The notes under the pieces were generated by a model. That model did not search any database. It was not told the DNA's origin and was given only the letters and a program-made list of their open reading frames with translations. The translations under genes were made by a program, and so were the position numbers. Below, one piece after another: positions 27,121 through 35,457 of a DNA stretch of 64,000 bases; position 1 is the stretch's first letter; each line of letters begins with the position of its first letter. Origin of the DNA: Gemmatimonadales bacterium. Its GTDB lineage: Bacteria; Gemmatimonadota; Gemmatimonadetes; Gemmatimonadales; JACORV01. The stretch covers positions 22,786 to 86,785 of the forward strand of contig DASPTN010000086.1 of the NCBI GenBank assembly GCA_035623395.1, read 5' to 3'.

Positions 27121-27675
27121 CTACAATCGGAGATGGAAACCTGCGAAAAAGAGAACAGCCACCGCCGTCTTGGCGTCCACCAGCTCGCCGTCCCGGATCA
27201 TAGCGAGAGCCTGGCTGGTGGGGACGGTCTTGAGCTCGAGGAACTCGTCGGGCTCGGGTCTTTGGTCCTCGGGCTTTACGACGAGGTCGAAGGCGGCGAA
27301 CAGGTGGATCCGCTCGTCGGTGAACCCGGGCGTGGTGTAGATCGTGGTGAGCCGCTGCCACCGCGCGGCGGTCGCCCCGGCCTCCTCGAGCAGCTCGCGG
27401 CGCGCGCAGGTCTCCGGCGATTCACCGGACTCCAGCCGTCCGGCGGGGATTTCCCAGATGGGTCCGCCGGCGGCGTAGCGGTATTGCCGGATCAGCAGCA
27501 GCTGTGGATCGTCGCCCGCGGAGAGCACCGGGATCACCGCGGCGGCGCCCGGATGGCGGATCATCTCCAGCTCTCCGCTCTCACCGTTCGGGTAGCGCAC
27601 CGTGTCGACGTCGAGGTTCACGACCCGGCCGGAGTAAATCCGCCGCGTCGCGGTCCGGTCCTTCGCCCCGCTCAC
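27121..27675 (-). CDS. NUDIX hydrolase (ADP-ribose pyrophosphatase-like)
   Basis: GTG 27675 (VSGAKDRTATRRIYSGRVVNLDVDTV) within ORF 27121..27945(-). The Nudix box is GRLESGESPETCARRELLEEAG. Confidence 0.85.
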   Translation of the reverse strand: MSGAKDRTATRRIYSGRVVNLDVDTVRYPNGESGELEMIRHPGAAAVIPVLSAGDDPQLLLIRQYRYAAGGPIWEIPAGRLESGESPETCARRELLEEAGATAARWQRLTTIYTTPGFTDERIHLFAAFDLVVKPEDQRPEPDEFLELKTVPTSQALAMIRDGELVDAKTAVAVLFFAGFHLRL

Positions 27676-27845
27676 TTGTTCCGACCCCACATGTCGCGCT
27701 CCACGATCGGGCCCTCGTGCAGGGCCGCGAGCCCCGACTGGATCTGGCTCTTGTCTCCCACGACGACGATCGCGACGTGGTCCCGCAGCGGCAGGCAGGT
27801 CGCCATCGCCCGGGGCCACCGGGCCGTGTGAACGCGCATGGTCAT
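27672..27845 (-). CDS. small hypothetical protein (57 aa)
   Basis: Last 57 codons of ORF 27672..28043(-): MTMRVHTARWPRAMATCLPLRDHVAIVVVGDKSQIQSGLAALHEGPIVERDMWGRNK. The ATG is preceded by GAGG-taagc. Its stop overlaps the NUDIX start (GTGA). Confidence 0.45.
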   Translation of the reverse strand: MTMRVHTARWPRAMATCLPLRDHVAIVVVGDKSQIQSGLAALHEGPIVERDMWGRNK

Positions 27846-27895
27846 GCTTACCTCGTCGAGTGACGAACGATGGATCCGGTCGCGCGACGCTCCGG

Positions 27896-29281
27896 CTAGA
27901 GCTCGAACGACTCGCCGAGCCGCGGAATGTCCACCTGCGCGACACGGAGGTCGCGCAGCAGTCCGGCCATCGCCTGGAGCTGTTCCGTCTCGCCGTGCAC
28001 CGTGAAGGCCCGCTTGGGCGTCTCGCCGAGGCCTACGACCCACTGCCGGAGTTCGTTTCGGTCGGCGTGGCCCGAGTACCCGCCGATGGTCGCGACCTCG
28101 CAGCGGCGCGGCACCATCTCGCCGTAGATCCGCACCTCGGTCGCCCCCGCCTGGAGCCGCGCGCCGAGCGTGTAGCTCGCCTGGAACCCGACGATGAGCA
28201 CCAGGTTGCGGTGGTCGCCGATGCCGTTGCGCAGGTGGTGCAGGATGCGGCCCGACTCCGCCATGCCCGAGGCCGCGATGATGATCGCCGGTCCGCGAAT
28301 GCCGTTCAGGGCCTTGGACTCCTCGACCGATCGCACGTACTTCACCAGCGGGAACCGGAACAGGTCGTCGGTCTCGCGCACCAGGCGCTCGGAGGGGTCG
28401 AAAGCCTCCGGGTGCAGGCGGAACACGTCGGTCGCGTTCACCGCCAGCGGCGAGTCCACGTAGATCGGGACCTTGGGGATGGCGTTGTCACGCGCCAGGC
28501 TGTGCAGCTCGTAAATCAACTCCTGCGCCCGCTCGATCGCGAAGGCCGGGATGAAGATCTTGCCGCCCCGCGCGGCCACCTTGTTGACGTAGTCCGCGAG
28601 CATCCCCTGCGCTTCCATCACCGACTCGTGGACCTTGTTCGCATAGGTGCTCTCGACGATCAGCACGTCCGCCAGCCCCCGGGGCGGGTTCGGATCGCGG
28701 ATGATCGGCAGTCCCCAGCGGCCGATGTCGCCGGAGAAGACGAACCTCCGCTTGGCACCGGCGGCGTCGATGTCCAGCACGACCGACGCGGAGCCGAGCA
28801 TGTGGCCCGCGTCGAAGTAGGTCAGGCGAATCCCGGGCGCGATGTCGAGCGGTTTCTCGTACGGCAGGCTCACCATGTGGTCGACGACCCGGGTCGCGTC
28901 CTGGGCCGTGTACAGCGGCTCGGCGAGGTGGTTGCCGCCGCGCCGGCTCAGGAACTCGAAGTCCTTCTCCTGGATGAATCCGGAGTCCGGCAGCATCACG
29001 CTGGCGAGGTCGCGCGTGGCGGAGGCGCAGTAGATCGGCCCCGTGTACCCCAGCTTGACGAGGAGCGGGAGGCGGCCGGTGTGGTCGATGTGGGCGTGGC
29101 TCACGACCACGAGGTCGATGTCGCCCACCGCGAGCGGGAAGGTCTCGTTCTTCTTCCGGGCCTCCTCGCGGCGACCCTGGAACATCCCGCAGTCCAGCAG
29201 GACGCGCTTGGGTCCGATCTCCAGCAGATGCATGGACCCGGTGACTTCGCCGGCGGCGCCCCAGCATGTCAGTCGCATCAT
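27896..29281 (-). CDS. MBL-fold beta-CASP family RNA-metabolising hydrolase
   Basis: Starts at MMRLTCWGAAGEVTGS (ATG 29281) within ORF 27896..29566(-). The HxHxDH motif is SHAHIDHTG. Beta-CASP and C-terminal motifs (ESTYA..., GYSGHAD) are present. Confidence 0.85.
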   Translation of the reverse strand: MMRLTCWGAAGEVTGSMHLLEIGPKRVLLDCGMFQGRREEARKKNETFPLAVGDIDLVVVSHAHIDHTGRLPLLVKLGYTGPIYCASATRDLASVMLPDSGFIQEKDFEFLSRRGGNHLAEPLYTAQDATRVVDHMVSLPYEKPLDIAPGIRLTYFDAGHMLGSASVVLDIDAAGAKRRFVFSGDIGRWGLPIIRDPNPPRGLADVLIVESTYANKVHESVMEAQGMLADYVNKVAARGGKIFIPAFAIERAQELIYELHSLARDNAIPKVPIYVDSPLAVNATDVFRLHPEAFDPSERLVRETDDLFRFPLVKYVRSVEESKALNGIRGPAIIIAASGMAESGRILHHLRNGIGDHRNLVLIVGFQASYTLGARLQAGATEVRIYGEMVPRRCEVATIGGYSGHADRNELRQWVVGLGETPKRAFTVHGETEQLQAMAGLLRDLRVAQVDIPRLGESFEL

Positions 29282-29445
29282 CCCTCCCGCTGGAAGACGG
29301 CGAGCAGTCGGCGCGGTCCGAGCGCCACCAGCTCGACCAGGGTCCAGCCGCCGCGGCGGCGCTCGTTCAGCTCGTCGGTGAGACTCTCCTCGTCGGCGAG
29401 GCTCCGGCCCGAGAGCCGGATGATGGCGGTCTGGTATTCGGTCAT
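29278..29445 (-). CDS. small DUF4177-like protein (55 aa)
   Basis: Not in the ORF track, presumably because it is below the size cut-off. My translation is MTEYQTAIIRLSGRSLADEESLTDELNERRRGGWTLVELVALGPRRLLAVFQREG. The LN..G..GW.LV...VF.R pattern matches DUF4177 by eye. Its TGA overlaps the beta-CASP ATG (ATGA), and its start is 2 nt after the upp stop. Confidence 0.5.
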   Translation of the reverse strand: MTEYQTAIIRLSGRSLADEESLTDELNERRRGGWTLVELVALGPRRLLAVFQREG

Positions 29446-29447
29446 GG

Positions 29448-30086
29448 TCACCGCGTCCCGAACAGGCGGTCGCCCGCATCGCCGAGGCCGGGCAGGATGT
29501 AGCCATGCGCGTCGAGCTGCCGGTCGAGCGCAGCGGCGTACACGGGCACGTCGGGGTGGAGATCAAGCATCTTCTGCACGCCCTCGGGCGCCGCCACGAT
29601 GCACAGCAGCCGGATCGAGCGGGCGCCGGCCTTCTTGAGCGTGGTGCATGCGGCCGCCGCCGAGCCGCCGGTGGCGAGCATGGGGTCGAGGACGAAGAAG
29701 TCCCGCTGCTCCTGGGCGCTGGGCACCTTGAAGTAGTAGTCCACCGGCTCGAGCGTCTCGTGGTCCCGGTACATGCCGATGTGCCCCACCCGGGCGGCGG
29801 GCACCAGGCGGAGGATCCCGTCCACCATCCCCAGGCCGGCGCGCAGCACCGGCACCAGCGCGAGTTTCTTGCCGGCCACCTTCTCGCCGGTCATGTGCTC
29901 GAGCGGCGTGTCGAGCTCCACGGGCTCGGTCGGCAGGTCCTTGGTGACCTCGTAGAACATCAACATCGCGATCTCGCTCACCAGGTCACGAAAATCCCTG
30001 ACCGGGGTCCGCTTGTCGCGGAGGACGTGGAGCTTGTGGCGGATCAGGGGATGGTCGGGAATCGCGAGGTTGGGGAAGGAGGGCAT
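29448..30086 (-). CDS. upp: uracil phosphoribosyltransferase
   Basis: ORF 29448..30086(-). It contains [16 protein letters not shown] and the PRPP motif [14 protein letters not shown]. Confidence 0.9.
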   Translation of the reverse strand: MPSFPNLAIPDHPLIRHKLHVLRDKRTPVRDFRDLVSEIAMLMFYEVTKDLPTEPVELDTPLEHMTGEKVAGKKLALVPVLRAGLGMVDGILRLVPAARVGHIGMYRDHETLEPVDYYFKVPSAQEQRDFFVLDPMLATGGSAAAACTTLKKAGARSIRLLCIVAAPEGVQKMLDLHPDVPVYAAALDRQLDAHGYILPGLGDAGDRLFGTR

Positions 30087-30170
30087 GCACTAAACTGTGC
30101 ATCGGCCGCCGATTCGGGAAGTCGGCGGGCGGTGCAACTCTGCAGGTGGCCCGCTATCTTTGTTGCGCCC

Positions 30171-30243
<73 letters not shown>

Positions 30244-30251
30244 CTTCCGAC

Positions 30252-30281
30252 GCGGGACGCCAACTCCAGTTGCCGTCCCGC
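30252..30281 (+). terminator. hairpin after tRNA-Phe
   Basis: GCGGGACG (30252-30259) pairs with CGTCCCGC (30274-30281). An inner CAACT/AGTTG extension is present. It is followed by TTCACGTT, a weak U-tract. Confidence 0.4.
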
Positions 30282-30311
30282 TTCACGTTCCCGGGCCCGG
30301 TGCCGCGCCCG

Positions 30312-31058
30312 TCAGGGGTCCTCCCCCAGCGCGGCGTAGTAGCCCGCCACGCGATCGCGGGCCCCTTTCCGCGTGTACACGTCCGGCCGCCGCGACTCGA
30401 TCACCCCGGCGATCACCGCCGCGACCTCCTCGGCGCTCTGCGAGTCGGGGAGCTGCCGCGAGTCGGGACCGCCGTGCAGCGCGTTCAGGCCGAAGTCCGT
30501 CCGCACCACCGGCGGCGACACCAGGGAAAACTGGATGCCGGGGTGCGTCTGCTGCACTTCGGCCCGGAAGGTGGCCGTCAGGGCGTTGAGGAAGTGCTTG
30601 GCGCCGCAGTAGGCCGAGCGGATGACCGCGAAGGGAATCCGCCCGAGCATCGAGGAGACGTTGATCACGTGCCCGGTGCCGCGCGCCTTGAAGTGGGGCA
30701 GCACCTCCTGCATCCCGTACAGCGCCGGCTTCACGTTCTGTCGCATCACCGTATCCACGTCGTCGTCGGTGAGCGCCGAGGGCGGGCGGGAGATGCCCTG
30801 CCCGACGTTGTTGATCCAGACGTCGATCCGGCCGAAGCGGGACAGCGCCTCCGCCACGACGCGCTGGACCTGCGCGCGCTCGGACACGTCCGCGACCACC
30901 ACCGCTGCGCGCCCGCTGCAGCGGGCGGCGACGGCCTCCAGCGCATCCTTCCGGCGCGCCACCAGCACGAGCGACATGCCACGGCTCGCCAGTAGCTGAG
31001 CGGTCGCCGCTCCGATGCCGGCGCTCGCGCCGGTGATGACCACCACCTTCTCGTCCAT
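30312..31058 (-). CDS. short-chain dehydrogenase/reductase (SDR)
   Basis: Starts at MDEKVVVITGASAGIGAATA (TGxxxGxG) within ORF 30312..31133(-). The catalytic YCGAK (YxxxK) motif is present. Confidence 0.85.
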   Translation of the reverse strand: MDEKVVVITGASAGIGAATAQLLASRGMSLVLVARRKDALEAVAARCSGRAAVVVADVSERAQVQRVVAEALSRFGRIDVWINNVGQGISRPPSALTDDDVDTVMRQNVKPALYGMQEVLPHFKARGTGHVINVSSMLGRIPFAVIRSAYCGAKHFLNALTATFRAEVQQTHPGIQFSLVSPPVVRTDFGLNALHGGPDSRQLPDSQSAEEVAAVIAGVIESRRPDVYTRKGARDRVAGYYAALGEDP

Positions 31059-31197
31059 GGCTGGCCTCGTTTGTCCCTCGAGCCGACGCGCTCCGGCTTG
31101 ATGCGTCCCGCGGCGCCGCGTTCGATCTGTCACCGTCTTCCCGCACGCGATAGACTATGGGGATCAGGTTGCGGGAACAACCAGCACGGAGCGCGCG

Positions 31198-32334
31198 GTG
31201 AGCAAGATCGTCGTCCTCGGTGGCGGGCTGGTCGGGCGCGTGATCGCCCGGGACCTGGCCCGGGAGAAGGACTTCCAGGTCACGGTGGCCGATGCGTCCG
31301 CGGCGACGCGAGCCCGCCTTGGCGCGGAGGGTCTGGCCACCGCGGCCCTCGACCTCGCCGACGACGCGGCCGTGCGCGAGGCCATCGCGGGCGCCGACGT
31401 CGTCGTCGGCGCGGCCCCCGGCCACATGGGCTTCCGGCTGCTGCGCCTGGTGATCGAGGCCGGCAAGCCCTACGCCGACATCGCCTTCATGCCCGAGGAC
31501 TTCCTCGAGCTGGACGGCCTCGCGCGCGAGCGGGGCGTGACGGCGGTGGTGGATTGCGGTGTCGCACCGGGCCTCTCGAACCTCCTCTGCGGACGGGCCG
31601 AGCACGAATTCGACACCGTGGAGCGCATGCTCGTCCTGGTGGGAGGGTTGCCGAAGAACCGCGTGTGGCCGTTCGAGTACCGGGTCGTCTTCTCGGCGGT
31701 GGACGTGATCGAGGAGTACACGCGTCCCGCCCGCTGGGTCGAGCACGGGCAGATCGTGACCAAACCGGCCCTCAGCGACGTCGAGCTCCTCGACCTGCCG
31801 CGGGTCGGCACCGTGGAGGCCTTCAACACCGACGGCCTCCGCAGCCTCGCCAAGACGCTGCGCGCCCCGTTCATGAAGGAGAAGACGCTCCGCTGGCCGG
31901 GTCACGTGGAGAAGATGCGGATGCTGCGCGAGACCGGCTTCCTGTCGCTGGAGGCGATGGACGTGCGCGGCGCCCGGGTCCGGCCCTACGACGTGACGAC
32001 CAAGCTGCTGTTCGACGCCTGGCGCCTCCCCGAGGGCGAGGTGGATCTCACCGTGATGCGCGTCGAGGCGACCGGGACGTCGGGCGGAGCGCGGCAGACC
32101 TGGATCTGGGATCTCTACGACGAAGCGGACCAGGCGACCGGCTTCCACTCGATGGCACGCACCACCGGGTTCCCGTGCGCCATCGCGGCGCGCCTGCTCG
32201 CCAGTGGCGAGCTCAGGCGCCCGGGGGTTCAGCCCCCGGAGCGCCTCGCCGGCGACGACCGTTTCTTCGGGCGGATGATGGAAGGCCTGCGCCAGCGCGG
32301 CGTGACGATCGCCAAGTCCGTCGCGCCGGCGTAA
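31198..32334 (+). CDS. saccharopine dehydrogenase family NAD(P)-binding protein
   Basis: ORF 31198..32334(+) with a GTG start. The Rossmann motif is IVVLGGGLVGRVIARDL. The central part GVTAVVDCGVAPGLSNLL is typical of the Sacchrp_dh family. Confidence 0.8.
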   Translation: MSKIVVLGGGLVGRVIARDLAREKDFQVTVADASAATRARLGAEGLATAALDLADDAAVREAIAGADVVVGAAPGHMGFRLLRLVIEAGKPYADIAFMPEDFLELDGLARERGVTAVVDCGVAPGLSNLLCGRAEHEFDTVERMLVLVGGLPKNRVWPFEYRVVFSAVDVIEEYTRPARWVEHGQIVTKPALSDVELLDLPRVGTVEAFNTDGLRSLAKTLRAPFMKEKTLRWPGHVEKMRMLRETGFLSLEAMDVRGARVRPYDVTTKLLFDAWRLPEGEVDLTVMRVEATGTSGGARQTWIWDLYDEADQATGFHSMARTTGFPCAIAARLLASGELRRPGVQPPERLAGDDRFFGRMMEGLRQRGVTIAKSVAPA

Positions 32335-32343
32335 CGCCGGGCC

Positions 32344-33588
32344 TCAGCGGACGGGATACAAGGCCGCGACCTTCGCCGCGTCGAAGCTCGAGGGATACGC
32401 CACGACGTCGGCGGACCAGACTTCCACGTACTCGCCGCGGTTCTGCGCCCCCTCCTCGAGCAGCATGAAGTACGGACTCGCCGGCCCGTCCGGGCCACAC
32501 GATCCGGCGCCGTTGCCGTTGCACCCCGCGCCCGTCCCGCCGTGCTTGTTCGACTGCCATCCCACGGAATCGGCGTACTGGGTCGCGAGGCTCGTGACCT
32601 CGGGCAGGATCGCCTGCGTGTCGAGGAAGTCGGCCTGCAGCTGCACGCGGCCCGGCGCGACGCGCGAGACCGCCTGGACGATCTGGGACGCGACGTATCC
32701 CGGCGCATCGCCCGTCAGGTTCGGGAAGTCGATGCCGGTCGTGGCCGGATTGAACAGGCTGAGGCCGAGAAAGCGGTCGGGGAAGGCGCGCGCGAAGGCG
32801 CCGGCGATGGCGGTGAATCCGTTCACGACCGCCGTGTCCGAGTAGCCCAGGGTGCGCCAGTTGGCGGTGTCGGCGTCGGAGATGACGGCGGGGTACGCTG
32901 GCCTGCCGTCGGGACAGGCCAGCGTGTCCGCCGTGGTGGGCTGCGGGCGTCCGGTGGGGAGCCGGATCTCCTCGTCGTACACGCTGAGCCCGGGCACGTG
33001 GACCAGCGTAAGGGATCCGTAGGCGCCGATCGCCTGCAGGTGGGCCGCGAGCGCAGTGGCCGCAGCGCTCCAGAACGCCCTGACGTTGGGCACCCAGGGG
33101 AGGAGCACGTAGGCGCTGATGCAGCGATCGGCCGCACCGCCGGTGGTCCACACGTCGAACAGCGGCGCGCAGCCGGCGCCGCAAGTCGCCGCGAAGCCGG
33201 AAGGCAGGGACTGCAGGTACGTGCTGCCGGACTGGTAGCCGGTCTCCAGCTCGATCGAGAACTTCTTCTGGTGCGACAGGGCGGTCTGCACCAGGGTGTC
33301 GAGGTATCCCCAGGTCCAGGTGAACTGGCCCCAGGTCGTGACGCTCGGGAGGATCTTCGCGATGGGCACGAAGACGGCGTCGCCGGTGACGTCGTTGAGG
33401 TACGCCTCGGATGCGGTCAGTCCCGCCGCGTAGGCCGTGGCGGTCGACTGCTCGTTGCTCGGATCGTTCAACACGTAGATCCCGGATGGAATCGGCACCT
33501 TGGTGCCGGCGGACGCCATTTGCTCGGAGCGGCACGTGGTCGACCACGCCACGACCCAGACGAGCACCAGAAACCGCCTCGCGGTCAT
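32344..33588 (-). CDS. secreted hypothetical protein (possible glycoside-hydrolase-like fold)
   Basis: Starts at MTARRFLVLVWVVAWSTTC (ATG 33588) within ORF 32344..33624(-). It has several Cys pairs and is W/Y-rich. I recognise no motif. Confidence 0.55.
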   Translation of the reverse strand: MTARRFLVLVWVVAWSTTCRSEQMASAGTKVPIPSGIYVLNDPSNEQSTATAYAAGLTASEAYLNDVTGDAVFVPIAKILPSVTTWGQFTWTWGYLDTLVQTALSHQKKFSIELETGYQSGSTYLQSLPSGFAATCGAGCAPLFDVWTTGGAADRCISAYVLLPWVPNVRAFWSAAATALAAHLQAIGAYGSLTLVHVPGLSVYDEEIRLPTGRPQPTTADTLACPDGRPAYPAVISDADTANWRTLGYSDTAVVNGFTAIAGAFARAFPDRFLGLSLFNPATTGIDFPNLTGDAPGYVASQIVQAVSRVAPGRVQLQADFLDTQAILPEVTSLATQYADSVGWQSNKHGGTGAGCNGNGAGSCGPDGPASPYFMLLEEGAQNRGEYVEVWSADVVAYPSSFDAAKVAALYPVR

Positions 33589-33723
33589 CGGACCTTCCCG
33601 GACGTGATGTAAGGGGCCTGACACGCTCGGCAGGGAACGGCGCCGCCGTCAAGTGGCCCGGGGCCCTTGATTCGCGCGGCGGGACCGCCAGAATTGCACC
33701 GGATCCCACACCTGCGGGGAGCG

Positions 33724-34134
33724 ATGCCCGTTCCGAAGCGGTCGCGGCCGGCGGCTGGAGCGTCCCGGCGCCGGTTCGCCGGCGACGTCGTGGCGGCGCT
33801 GCGGGACGGCAGGACGCTCGAGATCCGGGCCGGCGGCGCGCACCGCTTCATCGGCATCTGGGTGGTGGTGGTGGATGACCGGGCGTTCGTGCGGTCGTGG
33901 AGCCTCAAGCCGCGCAGCTGGTGGCGGACGTTCGAGCAGGACCCGCGTGGAGCCATCCGGGTCGCAGGGCGCTCCATCGCCGTCCGCGCGGTGCGCACGC
34001 GGAGCGAGCGACTGAAGCGCGCCGTCGACCGGGCCTACCTCGCCAAGTACGGGACTGGAGGCTCGCGTCGCTACGCCCTGGATCTCGGCCGGCCGCGATC
34101 GAAGGCGACGACGACCGAGCTGGTGCCCCTCTGA
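33724..34134 (+). CDS. DUF2255-like protein
   Basis: ATG 33724 within ORF 33667..34134(+). The segment TLEIRAGGAHRFIGIWVVVVDDRAFVRSWSLKPRSWWRTF...IRVAGRSIAVRAV resembles the DUF2255 pattern by eye. Confidence 0.55.
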   Translation: MPVPKRSRPAAGASRRRFAGDVVAALRDGRTLEIRAGGAHRFIGIWVVVVDDRAFVRSWSLKPRSWWRTFEQDPRGAIRVAGRSIAVRAVRTRSERLKRAVDRAYLAKYGTGGSRRYALDLGRPRSKATTTELVPL

Positions 34135-35456
34135 TCTCCCGCCACCGCGCGGCCCTGACCCTCGGGCCGCTCGTCGCGGTGATGTTCTTCAACGTCTCCG
34201 GCGGGCCGTTCGGCGTCGAGGGACTGGTGGGGAGCGTCGGCCCGGGCCTTGCCGTCGTGCTGCTCGTGGCGACGCCGCTGCTCTACAGCGTGCCGGAGAC
34301 GCTGATCATCGGCGAGCTGGCGTCGATGCTGCCCGCCGAGGGGGGCTACTACGTCTGGGTCACGCGCGCGTTCGGGCGCTTCTGGGGTTTCACCAACGGG
34401 TGGCTGAGCTGGATGTACTCGCTGATCGACATGGCGATCTACCCGGTGCTGTTCCTTCAGTACCTCGGCTTCTTCGTCGGCGGACTCGGCCGCTTCACGT
34501 CGTGGGGGCTGGCGCTCGCCCTGATCTGGGGTGCGACCTGGCTCAATCTCCGCGGCACGCGCGTCGTAGGCGCGGCGTCGGGCTGGTTCACCGCGGGGGT
34601 GCTGGCGCCCTTCGCGGTGCTCGCGGCGGTCGCCGTGGCGCGGTGGATGTCGGCGGGCCACGCGGCCGCGCTTGGCCACGAGCCGTTCCGTGCGGCCGGG
34701 GCCTCGTTTCTCGGCGCGCTCGGCCTGGGGATCTCCCAGAGCGTGTGGAACTACAGCGGCTGGGACAACGCCTCGACGATCGGTGGAGAGATCCGCGATG
34801 CGAGCGCGACCTACCCGCGCGCCCTGCTCCGCGCGCTGCCGCTGGTGACCGCGGCCTACCTGATCGCGGTCATCCCCGCGCTCGCGGTCACCGAGTGGCG
34901 GGCCTGGACCGACGGTGCGTGGCCTGCGATCGCCGCCGCGGTGGCGGGTCCGTGGCTGGCCGGCTGGATCGCGCTCGCGGGCATGGTCAGCGCCTTCGCC
35001 CTCTTCAACGCGCTGCTCCTGGTGTACTCGCGCGTCCCGCTGGTCCTCGCCCGGGACGGCTTCCTGCCGGCCGGGCTCGCGGCGGCCGACGGGCGCGGCA
35101 CGCCGCGCCGCGCCGTCGTGGCGTCGGCCGTCGGCTACTCGGTGTTCGCGCTGCTGTCCTTCGGTGGCCTGCTCGCGGCCGACGTGCTGCTCTACACCGC
35201 CGCGCTCGTCCTCGAGTTCGCGGCGCTGATCGCGCTGAGGCGCCGCGAGCCGGCGCTGCGGGGCGCCTTCCGGATCGCGCTCGGGGAGCCGGCGCTCGGG
35301 GTACTGGCCGCGTTGCCGGCCCTGGTCCTGGGCGCGGCCGTGGCCCTGGAGGTCCGGAGCCGCGCCGTCGGCCTCGTCGGGGTGGCGGTCGCGTCCGTGT
35401 TCGGCCTGGCGGGACCCCTCGCTTACGCGGCGCTCGGGCGGCGGGCGCGCGCGTGA
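34131..35456 (+). CDS. APC-superfamily amino acid permease
   Basis: Part of ORF 33897..35456(+). About 12 TM helices. The N-terminal signature is FFNVSGGPFGVEGLV...ELASMLPAEGGYYVW. The start is uncertain: CTG 34131 overlaps the upstream stop, with GTG 34179 and ATG 34182 as alternatives. Confidence 0.8.
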   Translation: MISRHRAALTLGPLVAVMFFNVSGGPFGVEGLVGSVGPGLAVVLLVATPLLYSVPETLIIGELASMLPAEGGYYVWVTRAFGRFWGFTNGWLSWMYSLIDMAIYPVLFLQYLGFFVGGLGRFTSWGLALALIWGATWLNLRGTRVVGAASGWFTAGVLAPFAVLAAVAVARWMSAGHAAALGHEPFRAAGASFLGALGLGISQSVWNYSGWDNASTIGGEIRDASATYPRALLRALPLVTAAYLIAVIPALAVTEWRAWTDGAWPAIAAAVAGPWLAGWIALAGMVSAFALFNALLLVYSRVPLVLARDGFLPAGLAAADGRGTPRRAVVASAVGYSVFALLSFGGLLAADVLLYTAALVLEFAALIALRRREPALRGAFRIALGEPALGVLAALPALVLGAAVALEVRSRAVGLVGVAVASVFGLAGPLAYAALGRRARA

Positions 35457-35457
35457 G

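Noticed and set aside
16912-27675. Macro domain plus NUDIX as an ADP-ribosylation-based defence or toxin system.
   Set aside because: The two genes are 10 kb apart within a housekeeping array. No ART toxin, sirtuin or other defence partner is present.
29266-29502. 78-aa plus-strand ORF between the beta-CASP gene and upp.
   Set aside because: The opposite strand encodes a better 55-aa DUF4177-like ORF that is start/stop-coupled to both neighbours. The plus-strand product is low-complexity.
30244-31200. Integrase, att repeat or prophage remnants next to tRNA-Phe.
   Set aside because: No recombinase-like ORF in any frame and no visible repeat of the tRNA 3' end. Only a hairpin and an SDR gene are present.
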